Positions 46,248 to 58,051 of a DNA stretch of 64,000 nucleotides are shown piece after piece. The stretch's first letter is position 1; every line of letters begins with the position of its first letter. Position numbers and translations under genes: made by a program. Under the pieces are notes generated by a model, which was given only the letters and a program-made list of their open reading frames with translations, was not told the DNA's origin and ran no database searches. This DNA is from Albugo candida (lineage: Eukaryota): the NCBI GenBank assembly GCA_040437565.1, contig JBDOQK010000006.1, forward strand, positions 558,001 through 622,000, read 5' to 3'.

Positions 46248-47435
46248 TTCTTGATTATATTGTAAGAAAACGTGCCATGATTTGCGAGATTCACATTTTC
46301 TCAATAAGTCTTTACCATCATATTCTCTTTGCATTCATTCGCGAGATTTTCGAATGAAAAAAAAAATGCAGATTCTGGCGAATATGTATTCAGCACCAGC
46401 CTAAATATTGTCGACGCATGCTACACTTTATCAGCTAATAATGCAGCAGGTGTGTATCGATACCGCCATTGCCGCTGGTGGTCCATTCTTACTATAATGT
46501 GTTCTATCGGAATATGTGACGACAGCCAAAACCCCACCGACTTCGTCGGCAAAAACCAATTTTCCTGTGCTGCTGACGCGCGACTTGCTGCCTGAGTTTG
46601 CCGCGCTACTTTTACGTTGATCTCTCGGTATGCTATCTGTCCTTTCACACGGTTCATCTGGCTCCTTAGTGTCGATACTGCGTCGTTGCTTCTCCTTTGT
46701 GTCAATTCCTTCAAGTTTTGCATCGTCTACGTCTTTTCCTTCCGCTTTAATGNNNNNNNNNNNNNNNNNNNNNNNNNNNNNNNNNNNNNNNNNNNNNNNN
46801 NNNNNNNNNNNNNNNNNNNNNNNNNNNNNNNNNNNNNNNNNNNNNNNNNNNNTGGTAAAGACTTATTGAGAAAATGTGAATCTCGCAAATCATGGCACGT
46901 TTTCTTACAATATAATCAAGAAACAAGATGTTCTTGATTATATTGTAAGAAAACGTGCCATGATTTGCGAGATTCACATTTTCTCAATAAGTCTTTACCA
47001 TCATATTCTCTTTGCATTCATTCGCGAGATTTTCGAATGAAAAAAAAAATGCAGATTCTGGCGAATATGTATTCAGCACCAGCCTAAATATTGTCGACGC
47101 ATGCTACACTTTATCAGCTAATAATGCAGCAGGTGTGTATCGATACCGCCATTGCCGCTGGTGGTCCATTCTTACTATAATGTGTTCTATCGGAATATGT
47201 GACGACAGCCAAAACCCCACCGACTTCGTCGGCAAAAACCAATTTTCCTGTGCTGCTGACGCGCGACTTGCTGCCTGAGTTTGCCGCGCTACTTTTACGT
47301 TGATCTCTCGGTATGCTATCTGTCCTTTCACACGGTTCATCTGGCTCCTTAGTGTCGATACTGCGTCGTTGCTTCTCCTTTGTGTCAATTCCTTCAAGTT
47401 TTGCATCGTCTACGTCTTTTCCTTCCGCTTTAATG
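46248..47435. repeat. Exact duplication plus fold-back flanking a gap (probable artifact)
   Basis: 46248-46752 = 46931-47435; hairpin at 46853-47000. Confidence 0.85.
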
Positions 47436-47524
47436 TTGTCCCCTTGCGAGATGTGTAAGTGACTCTCATTACTCTCATCTATTTGAATCGGATGAACTAC
47501 TGATTGAAAAAGACCATAAACCAT
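47114..47524 (-). CDS. Small hypothetical protein with KLVFADEVG motif and C-terminal CCIIS
   Basis: Open frame of ~136 aa, charged and low-complexity, ending in a CaaX-like box; start uncertain (possible upstream micro-exon). Confidence 0.55.
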   Translation of the reverse strand: MVYGLFQSVVHPIQIDESNESHLHISQGDNIKAEGKDVDDAKLEGIDTKEKQRRSIDTKEPDEPCERTDSIPRDQRKSSAANSGSKSRVSSTGKLVFADEVGGVLAVVTYSDRTHYSKNGPPAAMAVSIHTCCIIS

Positions 47525-47783
47525 CAACCTGTCTGCGACTTGATGTGATTATGTGCCACGACCGAAAGACATGTGGCAAGATGAGTTTTTGCCACCCGGG
47601 CACTTTTGACTTCCTATTTATACCGAAGTAATTTCCAGGGCTATAATAAGACACGAGGTTGTTCTATATTGCACCTCTCCATCAGGGATCCAATTGATTT
47701 GTCGCTATCAAAATCAGTGCGTTTCGACATCAAAATTTCAATTCGCTTGGTTTTCTTGTTTAGACTTCCCATCCACCAAATTT

Positions 47784-49445
47784 TTACAAAAGTGAGTTGC
47801 TTTGTTGCTCGTCCTCTTCGCTGTCAGCCATTGATTCATGAATCTGATGAGCTGATGTCTGTGATTCCTTTGCTGGTATCTGCTCCATTCGAGCATACAG
47901 TGTACTTGTCACTTGTGGTCGCCAAAGAATCGTGACTGCACAAAATGTGCAAAAGACCAAAAAATGCTGGATCGCCCAAAACCGCCACATCTTTTCCCGA
48001 TTCAATGGAATTACCTCCATGTACCTACATTAAAGCATTAATCAGCCAGGATTAGAAAGCATGCTAGATGCGTACGCAAGTGTTATCGCGATCTCGAGCA
48101 GAATGGAGAGCAAGCTGTACGCGACTAAGATACGGTGCAAACAAGTGTACATTTCCAGTTTTGCGTGTTGTCCGAATCTTCTCAAGTTTTGGCGAGACAA
48201 TGAGAGTGAATTAAATATCCAGCTCATGAAGCAAGCATTCGTTGCTATTCCAAGTATTCTCCACTCGATCGATGGGTATGCGATACCATTTGAAAGATTT
48301 ACAATGTGACTTAACCGGAGGCAGCATGCAGATGCAAAGTAACAGAGGCTAAGACCAAGCAGAACTGTGACTTCTGGCCGTGTGATACTCTGGCGAACGA
48401 TACCATAGCCAAGACATATCAATGCCGTCAAGACTCGTGCAAAGCATCCCGTTGTCACTTCAATTACCGTCGCAAATAAAACGCTTGCTGGATAAGGACA
48501 ACAGATCGGATCACCGTTTCTATTCAGCATATCGAGTGTAAAGAACCAAATAGCTGCTTCACCTTTGAGACATTTTTCATCAGTATCTATCATCGCAGCG
48601 ACGTATATAGATATATACGCACTTGTAGCCAGAAGCAATTCAATGAATAGCAAATATTGCAAACGGAATGCAGATCTGTGATATCGAGCCAGAAGCAACG
48701 AATAATACAAATCGACAAATCCATAAAGGACTGCGAGGATGCCACTGTAAATTCTGAAGATTAGCGAAAAGTGTGAATATATAAATGTCAAATGAGACCT
48801 GACTGGAAGTCGCTCAATCAGAAGAGCAGGAAGATATCCGAAACTATTTCGAAACGATACTGAAGATGCCAAATGAACGAGTGATTTCCTTGTAGATTCG
48901 ACCGCTATGTCTTTTGAATCCCAGCATGAAAATATTCTGGCAGTGTAATCTTCATTCTTCTCAGGCTTCAAGTTGATAGTAATTAAGGAAGTCTCATTGA
49001 TGATTTTTTCTTGCAATACGAAGTCACGCTTCTCCTCCTTTAGTCTTGATACGATATTGAGTTCGAAATTTGAAGAATAAGAATGACACAATGCGAGTGT
49101 TTGCATGTCGGCGGGTAGATTGGAGTTGCTATAGATAAGGGCCACAGCTCGAATAAGCGGCTCTGTTCCTGAGTGTTCTGCTCCTTTCTTCACGACTGAG
49201 TCTCCATTGATGTCAAGTAAACTGATATTTGCTCGTAGAGATACCATGGGAGTCATCGTATTCGCTGGGAGTATTCCTAAGAAAAACACGTTTTTGGAAT
49301 TCGCAAACACGAATTCCGTAAAGTGTATATTAGCGTTCACTTCGGTAGCTCTGTGAATGGATCCTAATGACACATGAAAACGCAATGTGCACCACAGAAT
49401 CGTTGGTGCAAACACGCTGCCAACTGATTTCGAAAGCGTTCGCAT
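47784..49445 (-). CDS. GOST-family seven-TM protein (TMEM87/GPR107-like)
   Basis: Signal peptide, lumenal domain, FRNSFGYLP, RVLTALICLGYGIVR, WIFNSL....L....QHAKLEMY, ILWRP; several short introns. Confidence 0.85.
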
Positions 49446-49524
49446 TAAATTTCAGGAATTAAATGGAGAAGATAATTCGCCAATCCATACACACCTTTTA
49501 TTAAGAGTTAAATGTGTGCCACCG

Positions 49525-52500
49525 TCAAAAATGGTGAGCCTTATTTCGAGAGCGCAGGTACCAGGCCGCACAAAACGCCACAAACACTGCACATAGAAGA
49601 ACCAAATGCAAATTTGCGGTCGGAAATAACTCTGATGGAAGTGAGTCACGTCCAAAATCTCTTGCTGCATGTTTGTCGGCTTCATCCAATACAATTTGCT
49701 TCACAACATACCGAGGACCGATATCGGGTGGATCCGTGTATTCGTCCTTTGTATTTGCCGAATACACATTCTTGGGTTTACAGGGCTTGATAGGAGCCGT
49801 CTCGGGACTCTTTTTGATGTCCTGCAGCAGTTGCTCGTTGCAGGCTGCGGGCAAATTCTGATATTCGTGCACACGGAATAAGTCTTCGATGATATTGAAA
49901 GTCACTAACCTTTGTTTCCCCTTTATACGCATCGCAAATCTCTTTCAGGATGACTTCATAAGTGACTGCAAGCTCGGAATCGCCGATCTTTTTCCCGTCC
50001 AGCACAACCTTTTCGCCACAAAGTGTGAGATCAAACTACGAATGAGCAAAGAGACGAACATAAGGCATCCACGCTGGTTTCACGACTTCCACTTGCTCAA
50101 TTATCTATAACACGAACTCAGGTGTAATCCTGAGTGAAGATAGTAGCTCCGATGGAAGCACCTTTTTGAGTAGGGCAGAGCTTTTGGTTAGGTAGCACTT
50201 TTGCAGTGCTTCTCCTGACTTTGGATCCAACTCACAATTAGCAGCCATTGTGTCCCATGAATGTGTTGAATGATGATAATTCTCCACACACTGAGAGAAT
50301 TTATCTTGAGCGCGTGATCGGAATAGGAAGAGGCAGTCTTACGCTAATGTGGTTGAGTTGGACGGTGACATTTTGAATTTCTAAGTTGATACAGCTGAGC
50401 CATTTATGTGCATTACATTCTTCATCGCCACCTTCGCAAATGAATTTTCCAGAAGGAGACACTGATGTCCCGGCGCCAGGAATTGAGCTACAATAAGATC
50501 TGTAAATTGAAAGAAGCCGTTTCCGTTAAATCAAACTTGTCATACTGAAACTCTATAATCCGTTGGAATCTATGGAAGACAAGGCTCAATAAAATGAATT
50601 TTCTCGTTCTACTGAGCAATAAGCACGAACCCGATATCATTCAGGAGTCTTGGTAAAACTTTGACCATAAAAATCCTGCTGGCTGGACTATGACCGGTTA
50701 TAAGTAGATACTTCGCGTCATTGTCAGACTGGAGCCTACCAAAACGCTCTCCAGTACACCTTCATATCCTGCTTGTAGAACCTATCGTGGCCGTTCCGAA
50801 GCCTATTCTGGTTAGAAGCCGGACCAGTCTTGTCGACTGGATCACCCGTGTTTCTCGACAAGCCAGGAAAATGGTTGCATGTATTTGGGTAAAACTAAAG
50901 AGGCCAATAAGTGATTTCCCCAAAAAATAGACTGGCCTACTCGTATATCTCCTTTGTATGCTCTGCAAAGCTCCTCTTCTAACGCTAAAAGCCCAACTGC
51001 CATTGTTGCGTTCCCAAGAAGCCTCCCATCCAGTGTGATCTACACCAGATCAAAATGCTGATACTAATCCTTGATATAGTCATGAAGCACGAACGTGTGG
51101 AAGCCATAGGATTCGACCACCAGCTTCATCTGAAAGCATCTAATCCAGTGATTTGGCAAGATTCGCAATGAAAAAGGAACTGCCGGCAGAGCTGCTGTAT
51201 CCTACCTTTTTGAGTATCTTTTCGCTTCTGTCCTGAAAACAATCAGAAAGTTCCTTCAATTCGCTTGGCAAAACACATGCGACAATATTTGAATCCCAAT
51301 CATTGAGATCGCCCGATTTAAAAGCTTCTAAACACTATCACGCAGCGAGCTAATACCAAGNNNNNNNNNNNNNNNNNNNNNNNNNNNNNNNNNNNNNNNN
51401 NNNNNNNNNNNNNNNNNNNNNNNNNNNNNNNNNNNNNNNNNNNNNNNNNNNNNNNNNNNNCTCCTGACTTTGGATCCAACTCACAATTAGCAGCCATTGT
51501 GTCCCATGAATGTGTTGAATGATGATAATTCTCCACACACTGAGAGAATTTATCTTGAGCGCGTGATCGGAATAGGAAGAGGCAGTCTTACGCTAATGTG
51601 GTTGAGTTGGACGGTGACATTTTGAATTTCTAAGTTGATACAGCTGAGCCATTTATGTGCATTACATTCTTCATCGCCACCTTCGCAAATGAATTTTCCA
51701 GAAGGAGACACTGATGTCCCGGCGCCAGGAATTGAGCTACAATAAGATCTGTAAATTGAAAGAAGCCGTTTCCGTTAAATCAAACTTGTCATACTGAAAC
51801 TCTATAATCCGTTGGAATCTATGGAAGACAAGGCTCAATAAAATGAATTTTCTCGTTCTACTGAGCAATAAGCACGAACCCGATATCATTCAGGAGTCTT
51901 GGTAAAACTTTGACCATAAAAATCCTGCTGGCTGGACTATGACCGGTTATAAGTAGATACTTCGCGTCATTGTCAGACTGGAGCCTACCAAAACGCTCTC
52001 CAGTACACCTTCATATCCTGCTTGTAGAACCTATCGTGGCCGTTCCGAAGCCTATTCTGGTTAGAAGCCGGACCAGTCTTGTCGACTGGATCACCCGTGT
52101 TTCTCGACAAGCCAGGAAAATGGTTGCATGTATTTGGGTAAAACTAAAGAGGCCAATAAGTGATTTCCCCAAAAAATAGACTGGCCTACTCGTATATCTC
52201 CTTTGTATGCTCTGCAAAGCTCCTCTTCTAACGCTAAAAGCCCAACTGCCATTGTTGCGTTCCCAAGAAGCCTCCCATCCAGTGTGATCTACACCAGATC
52301 AAAATGCTGATACTAATCCTTGATATAGTCATGAAGCACGAACGTGTGGAAGCCATAGGATTCGACCACCAGCTTCATCTGAAAGCATCTAATCCAGTGA
52401 TTTGGCAAGATTCGCAATGAAAAAGGAACTGCCGGCAGAGCTGCTGTATCCTACCTTTTTGAGTATCTTTTCGCTTCTGTCCTGAAAACAATCAGAAAGT

Positions 52501-53111
52501 TCCTTCAATTCGCTTGGCAAAACACATGCGACAATATTTGAATCCCAATCATTGAGATCGCCCGATTTAAAAGCTTCTAAACACTATCACGCAGCGAGCT
52601 AATACCAAGGCAATTGCGCTTCATCATTTATCAATTCTCACAGCAAGTTTCTCCAGCCATATGTAAGGCTCCTTGGTCGCTTTTTCTAGAAGGCATGCGT
52701 GCCATTTATGCCCCTCACACTCTGACGGTCCATCTTCACACACAATCTGCGACTTTTGTATTGCCATTCCCCCAATCGGCAATAATCTATATTAAATGGC
52801 TCAAAATCAGAGGTATGACGCGTATCAATCGCACCGAAATGTGACTATATCCCGAAATCTCTCATCCTTGATAATGGGGATGATGACGCTCGCAATAAAG
52901 TACTGGCAAGCCGCACTAAGAGAAAGATGATCATCGCATTCAGCGCATTTTCTGGGCTTCGAAAAACTTCGTACCAAAATGTTCGGTATCGAATCTTGAC
53001 CTCTACTTTCTCGGATTTTACCATACTGCTCGAAAGCTTTGGATTGCAATCACACAGAAGCAAATAGCAAGACAACAAGAACGCAAGGAAGGGCTGCATT
53101 CGGTGATGCAT
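49525..53111 (-). CDS. Tandem two-domain GILT-like thiol reductase, type-I membrane protein (14 exons)
   Basis: Manual splicing: signal peptide; VKIRYRTFCAAC...CEDGPSECEGHKWHAC...WLPHITLDG...LCRAYKG; MKVYWRAFCPAS...CEGGDEECNAHKWLSC...WMPYVVLDG...ICDAYKG..LPAAC; TM LVLLCAVFVAFCAAWYL. Span includes the gap duplication. Confidence 0.85.
50212..52609. repeat. Exact 1149-bp duplication flanking a gap (probable artifact)
   Basis: 50212-51360 = 51461-52609. Confidence 0.85.
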
Positions 53112-53253
53112 GTCTTTCGCTATTTGGCTGAAAAAAACACGTTATTACAAACTTAGTAGTAGCAAAAAAAGAAGTCAATCTAGCAATAGCCTCGATTAAT
53201 TCTTGATTTAGATGCATGCATATGCCAATACTTTGATACGTATTCGATTGTTA

Positions 53254-54888
53254 TTACTTATGGGTGAATGTTGCTGCCAAGTTGGAATCACTTGATTTGG
53301 AGTGCACCGCCGCGCCATTTATTGTAAGATGTGTCACTTTATCGTACGGAAAAGGTCTTAGACTGGATTCATGGAAAAACCCGATTTTTTGACTGCGCCG
53401 AAGCAAAATCGTATAGATGCAATCGCTCGGTCGATACTTTTGTATACGACCAGAGCCAAAATAGGAGGCTAGAACACGCTCTCCCAAGTGAAATCGCTGG
53501 TGCCCTGTGGTGGACTTTGAGCTTGCCGCTACTACTGCAGACATGTTTTGTGCGATATTTGTCATGTGCCCGGTTGCTGAGGCCCTCGCAGATACGGATG
53601 CTGATACCATCGATTGCTTGGTTTTCGAGATAAAGGACGACAAACGGCGTTGTCCGTTCGTTATGTCATTCTCTAGCTTCAGCATTCCTGTGTTGACCGC
53701 AGTTGGTGTGTCAGCATCATCCGCATTCACGTTCAGTAATTTCATGCTAGTAAGGCCAATAAAGTGTTTTCCATCAAGCTGACTACTTGCGGACTGCTTT
53801 CGCACATTATTCCAGGTTTGCAGGAATTGGCGTCGCTGCAATTCCACAGTATCGGCTTGGAAATACCCGGTCACATTCTGTGAATACTCTAATATAAAGA
53901 TCTTATTCGAGTCACGCACTTTCCTGACTGTGGCCAGGCCAAAGGCCGTCACCGCAACACAATCCTCAAGATCCAGATTGAAATTTGGTGCACTCGGATC
54001 CTTTCCCGCTGATATGCTTTCACACTCCATCTTTTTACGCTTTGCTTTCGCCATGCGGTACATTTTATTGGCATATGAAGATTCGCGTATTGAAGTGACG
54101 CCATTGAATAGATGCTTCTTTGTGTGTTGCATAAGCTGAACTGTTTGACCTATTGCAGTAGTAGGAATTCTCTCAAACTTGTTTCGTGACGCTTTCATTT
54201 TCCAAACGTGTTCATTGTCCCACCTCCAATCAAACGCAAGTCCGTACATGTCACCGTCTACGTAATAGTGTTCTATAAGAGCATACCCCCACCGCGTTCG
54301 CACTCGTTCTCCGACAACAGCCTTGATCTCCCGAAGGATTTGACTCGGCTGTAGATACGCGGTTCCTAATGCAACGACTTGTATAACGTAAATATTTTCT
54401 TTGGAGAGATGGTCCTGTATGGTCCCAGTACCGAATGTTGTCATAACACAAGCTTTCCGACTATAGAGTCCACTATAAACTTCACGCTGATGAACGGAAA
54501 AAGGTAGTGAACGCGATCGCTCTGATCGAGTTGCGGGTTGTTTGCTATCTTGATCGGCACTATTATGCTGGTTGTCGGTTCGTGCAATCAAACTTGCACG
54601 TCGACCAAGTGTTTTGCACCATTCACTGGCTGCCACAATATTATGTTCGATAGATGTTCCGCGACGTCGACACGGTGCTGTAGATGGATCGTCATAATAT
54701 AGGTGTGCAGCCATTCCTCCATCTTCATCAATTTCAACGGTAGATGCTAGGATCGAGTGCTTATCCGATGCATATGGGCCATCTACGTTGACCTCAGAAA
54801 GTGATTTACGACGCACATAAGATATCATTCTTGGCGGAATGATTGCACGAATGCCAGTATATCGTTTATTCAGATCGAGCGAAACCAT
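53254..54888 (-). CDS. Hypothetical protein with four V-x-T-x-F/W-G-x-G/A small beta-barrel-like repeats
   Basis: 544-aa ORF; repeats VMTTFGTGTI, VRTRWGYALI, AVTAFGLATV, VLASYFGSGRI. Confidence 0.75.
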   Translation of the reverse strand: MVSLDLNKRYTGIRAIIPPRMISYVRRKSLSEVNVDGPYASDKHSILASTVEIDEDGGMAAHLYYDDPSTAPCRRRGTSIEHNIVAASEWCKTLGRRASLIARTDNQHNSADQDSKQPATRSERSRSLPFSVHQREVYSGLYSRKACVMTTFGTGTIQDHLSKENIYVIQVVALGTAYLQPSQILREIKAVVGERVRTRWGYALIEHYYVDGDMYGLAFDWRWDNEHVWKMKASRNKFERIPTTAIGQTVQLMQHTKKHLFNGVTSIRESSYANKMYRMAKAKRKKMECESISAGKDPSAPNFNLDLEDCVAVTAFGLATVRKVRDSNKIFILEYSQNVTGYFQADTVELQRRQFLQTWNNVRKQSASSQLDGKHFIGLTSMKLLNVNADDADTPTAVNTGMLKLENDITNGQRRLSSFISKTKQSMVSASVSARASATGHMTNIAQNMSAVVAASSKSTTGHQRFHLGERVLASYFGSGRIQKYRPSDCIYTILLRRSQKIGFFHESSLRPFPYDKVTHLTINGAAVHSKSSDSNLAATFTHK

Positions 54889-55538
54889 ATTCTAACTTGT
54901 AAGAAAATACGAGGATGGGTGGAAAAATAGAAATTCCTGGCTTTCAAAAGCGATGTAGAATAGGTGTGACTTTTACATTCTCCGTACCTTCCATGTGCTC
55001 AAATAGGACGGGTTGAAAGCTGTAAAGAAACGCCTGAATATCTGCTATTTAGAGGGTATATCTGTGTTTTTCGTGATCAACGGTCCAGTCAGATAATCTT
55101 TTTTGCCAGTGTAATAATTGTTGAAGTCACGATGTGTCGATGTCAGAAAACAGGTGGTATTACGCTCTGATGTTATGGTGTTCAAAGTAAAGTGTAGTGC
55201 GAGTAATCAATTTCAAATATACCATTTGTCCTCTGGCCAATGAGTATAATCAGATTAGGTGGCTGCGAGCATGCAAACATCTGATACATGCAAAAGCCTG
55301 TGGATAGAGGGGGATCTCAGAAAGAGGCTGGCAACTCGAAAAGAAAAAGTAATAATCTGTTAAACGGCAAGCTGTTATCCTTGGTTTCGAAAGCAAGCTG
55401 CGTCTTCATCGCTTCTTGATTACTACAAAATATTCCCTTTGACTGACATAAGAAAACACGGCATGAGTTGTCAAAGGTCTTATGCAAACCTACAGCTCCT
55501 CTCATTTAAGTTGCGATTTGAACTACAGATGGATAATT

Positions 55539-57055
55539 ATGATTGCTGAGAGCAATATTACATATTTACCCATGCATCAAAAACCAATGCAACTGACGTC
55601 GATCACGACACTTTCAGGGTTGATCGAGTATCACAAAAGAGAGCTTGAAGCTCTTGAATTTGCTCCTAATCACCTCACCGAAACTTCTCATCATAATGGG
55701 CGCCTCGTTCGAGTACGTGGGCTATTATTCCGAAAGAGAAAACTATCGTCAGTGTTGCGTGAAAGTGTAAGAGTAGAACTAACATGTCGATGCAATCCAC
55801 CTTAGCAAGGGGCTCGTATTTGGGGATCTACATCTCGATGATGATCGTATGTATATAAAAGTTGATCTCAATAATCTTAGTCTCATCTTCTGTCGATAGA
55901 GCTAGTGGAGTGCATGTTTCAAAGAAAAGCTGGACCGTCCGATGGTTTGAGCTCAAATTCATCGATTCCGGATATGTACTTTGTAACCCATGACTTGCAT
56001 TTGGGAGATCTGATTATTGTGGAAGCGATAATACAAACAAAAAGCTTGTCATCGTCGTTTGCTGCCAAAGTTGTGTTGGATGTACACAGTGTCTTGCTAA
56101 TCGAACCTTGGAAGGCTATACACCCTTCAGCTCGATTTGATGCAGTTTGTCGCGAGTCAGATCGTATTCTTCATTCTGCAAAAGTATCAACCCAGGTGGC
56201 TACAGCAGGCAAATATATCAACATGGTCTTGATTCAAGGGAAAAATGCCTGCAAGTATCATTTTAATGGAGGAAAAAATGGAACCTCGTGCTTACGTGGT
56301 GCAGATTGTCATTTTTGGCATGGAGAACTAGACGATTATGATAAAAATAAGAAGATATGGGCTCAAAAGCGCATACAGCAGCGTCTGGAATTAAGTCAAT
56401 TAGATGGAGATGATATTGACCCTCATTCGAAAGCCTTCAAAGCAAAAAGAGCACGCATCTTTTGTGAGTGGCTGAGCAGTACTTTTGGAGAAAAAGCTTT
56501 ACGCCAGGGCTCTGGTGTCGTTGATGTTGCTGGTGGTAGAGGTGAGATCTCATTTGACTTATGGAATCGACGCGGAATTCCAACGACACTAATAGATCCA
56601 GTATGAGAAGCATCCTATTCTCCTCATGTTTTGATCATAATCAATGAAATTGTGATTCGTAGCGGCCACTAGTCGTCTCAAAGAGGAGACTGAAACAACT
56701 CGCTAAGTATGGGCGAGAACAGTGTCCACATATCGAATCATGCCTGACAGATGAATTGATAGCAAAATTCGGAAAGCTCTTCAATTCTTGCTCATTACTG
56801 GTCGGCATGCATCCCGATGAAGCCACAGAAGCGATTGTTGACACAAGCTTAGCACTCCGAAAACCATTTGCAGTCGTCCCATGCTGTGTTATGACTCGAA
56901 AATTCCCTGAGCGTCGCAGTCGAGATGGAACATTTGTAGCCACCTACAGCAATTTTGTACAATACTTGATGGAAAAAGATGCAAGAATAAAGACGTCTTT
57001 TCTTCCATTTGCAGGTCGAAATCAAGTTCTTTATATCGATAGTAAAATGAAATAA
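55539..57055 (+). CDS. OB-fold + CCCH zinc finger + SAM-methyltransferase-like protein
   Basis: Spliced VRVRGLLFRKRKLSKGLVFGDL; CKYHFNGGKNGTSCLRGADCHFWH; VVDVAGGRGEIS...TTLIDP; LVGMHPDEATE..VD..L...KPFAVVPCCV; three introns. Confidence 0.75.
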
Positions 57056-57744
57056 TTTCGTCGATTGCAAATTCACTCTGAGGTAAATCGTTGCTTTCAA
57101 ACCCTTTCTATGATGATTGAAAGGCAGTACAATGAAATCAAATGGCAGGACTCACTGCGACACTGTGCAAAAGATGCGCTGATACAATGAAAGGATTATA
57201 AACACTCAGCAGTTCAGTCAAGTAATGGTTTGTAGCAGACGAGGTCGTTGACATTCGATAACAAGCGCGTTCATACGGTAAGACACTACTGAGAATCTTT
57301 CGAGCAAGCGTGGTGAATGGAGAAGAATCATTGACAGAGCCTGTGATTGGGTGCAGAAGCAGATAGATCTGCATCGAGGATCGTAAATCTTTATTATATT
57401 TGTATTTATTCTTAGCTCTCTATATTCCTCTATATTTCATTCGAATGGCTATTTTCAAGACGAAATACGTCCATGCCAACCTATAAAACGGTGCTGAAAC
57501 TTGTCACTACTTCATAAGTATGATGCGTACTGACGCCTGAACAGCAAAATCACAAATCTGACGTCTCGCACGCTACTCGCAGTACAATCTTGTAAATGAT
57601 AGTAGCGAACTGCTCACTTTAGTTATTTTTGTAAACAAGGGGGTAGCGAAACAAATCAATTTGACCAGTATGATCATTTTATGCCGTGACATGTCTATAT
57701 TCGCAGTCAAACACACCTAGTAGGATCAAAACGTTAGGAATATT

Positions 57745-57925
57745 AGTCGGATGCCTATAATCACAATTAATCGCAGCTAGTAGTATTGTAACGTAAGAAA
57801 TAGTAGTCCGAGCCTCCCAAAGCATCTCCTAATATAGATAACTACCAAAATAACAAAACAGGTTATAGTAATTACGATTAGGTACTGCAACTAGACTACG
57901 CTGCAATTGAACAGAGCTAAGCCCA
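57745..57925 (-). repeat. Dispersed repeat 'X', copy 3
   Basis: 57817-57925 is identical (inverted) to 13515-13623; diverged similarity continues ~70 nt further. Confidence 0.75.
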
Positions 57926-58051
57926 TGATGACGTAATGAGGTCATCAAAAGNNNNNNNNNNNNNNNNNNNNNNNNNNNNNNNNNNNNNNNNNNNNNNNNN
58001 NNNNNNNNNNNNNNNNNNNNNNNNNNNNNNNNNNNNNNNNNNNNNNNNNNN

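Noticed and set aside
50212-52609. Apparent third or fourth GILT domain
   Set aside because: Exact duplicate across a gap; only two divergent domains are supported.
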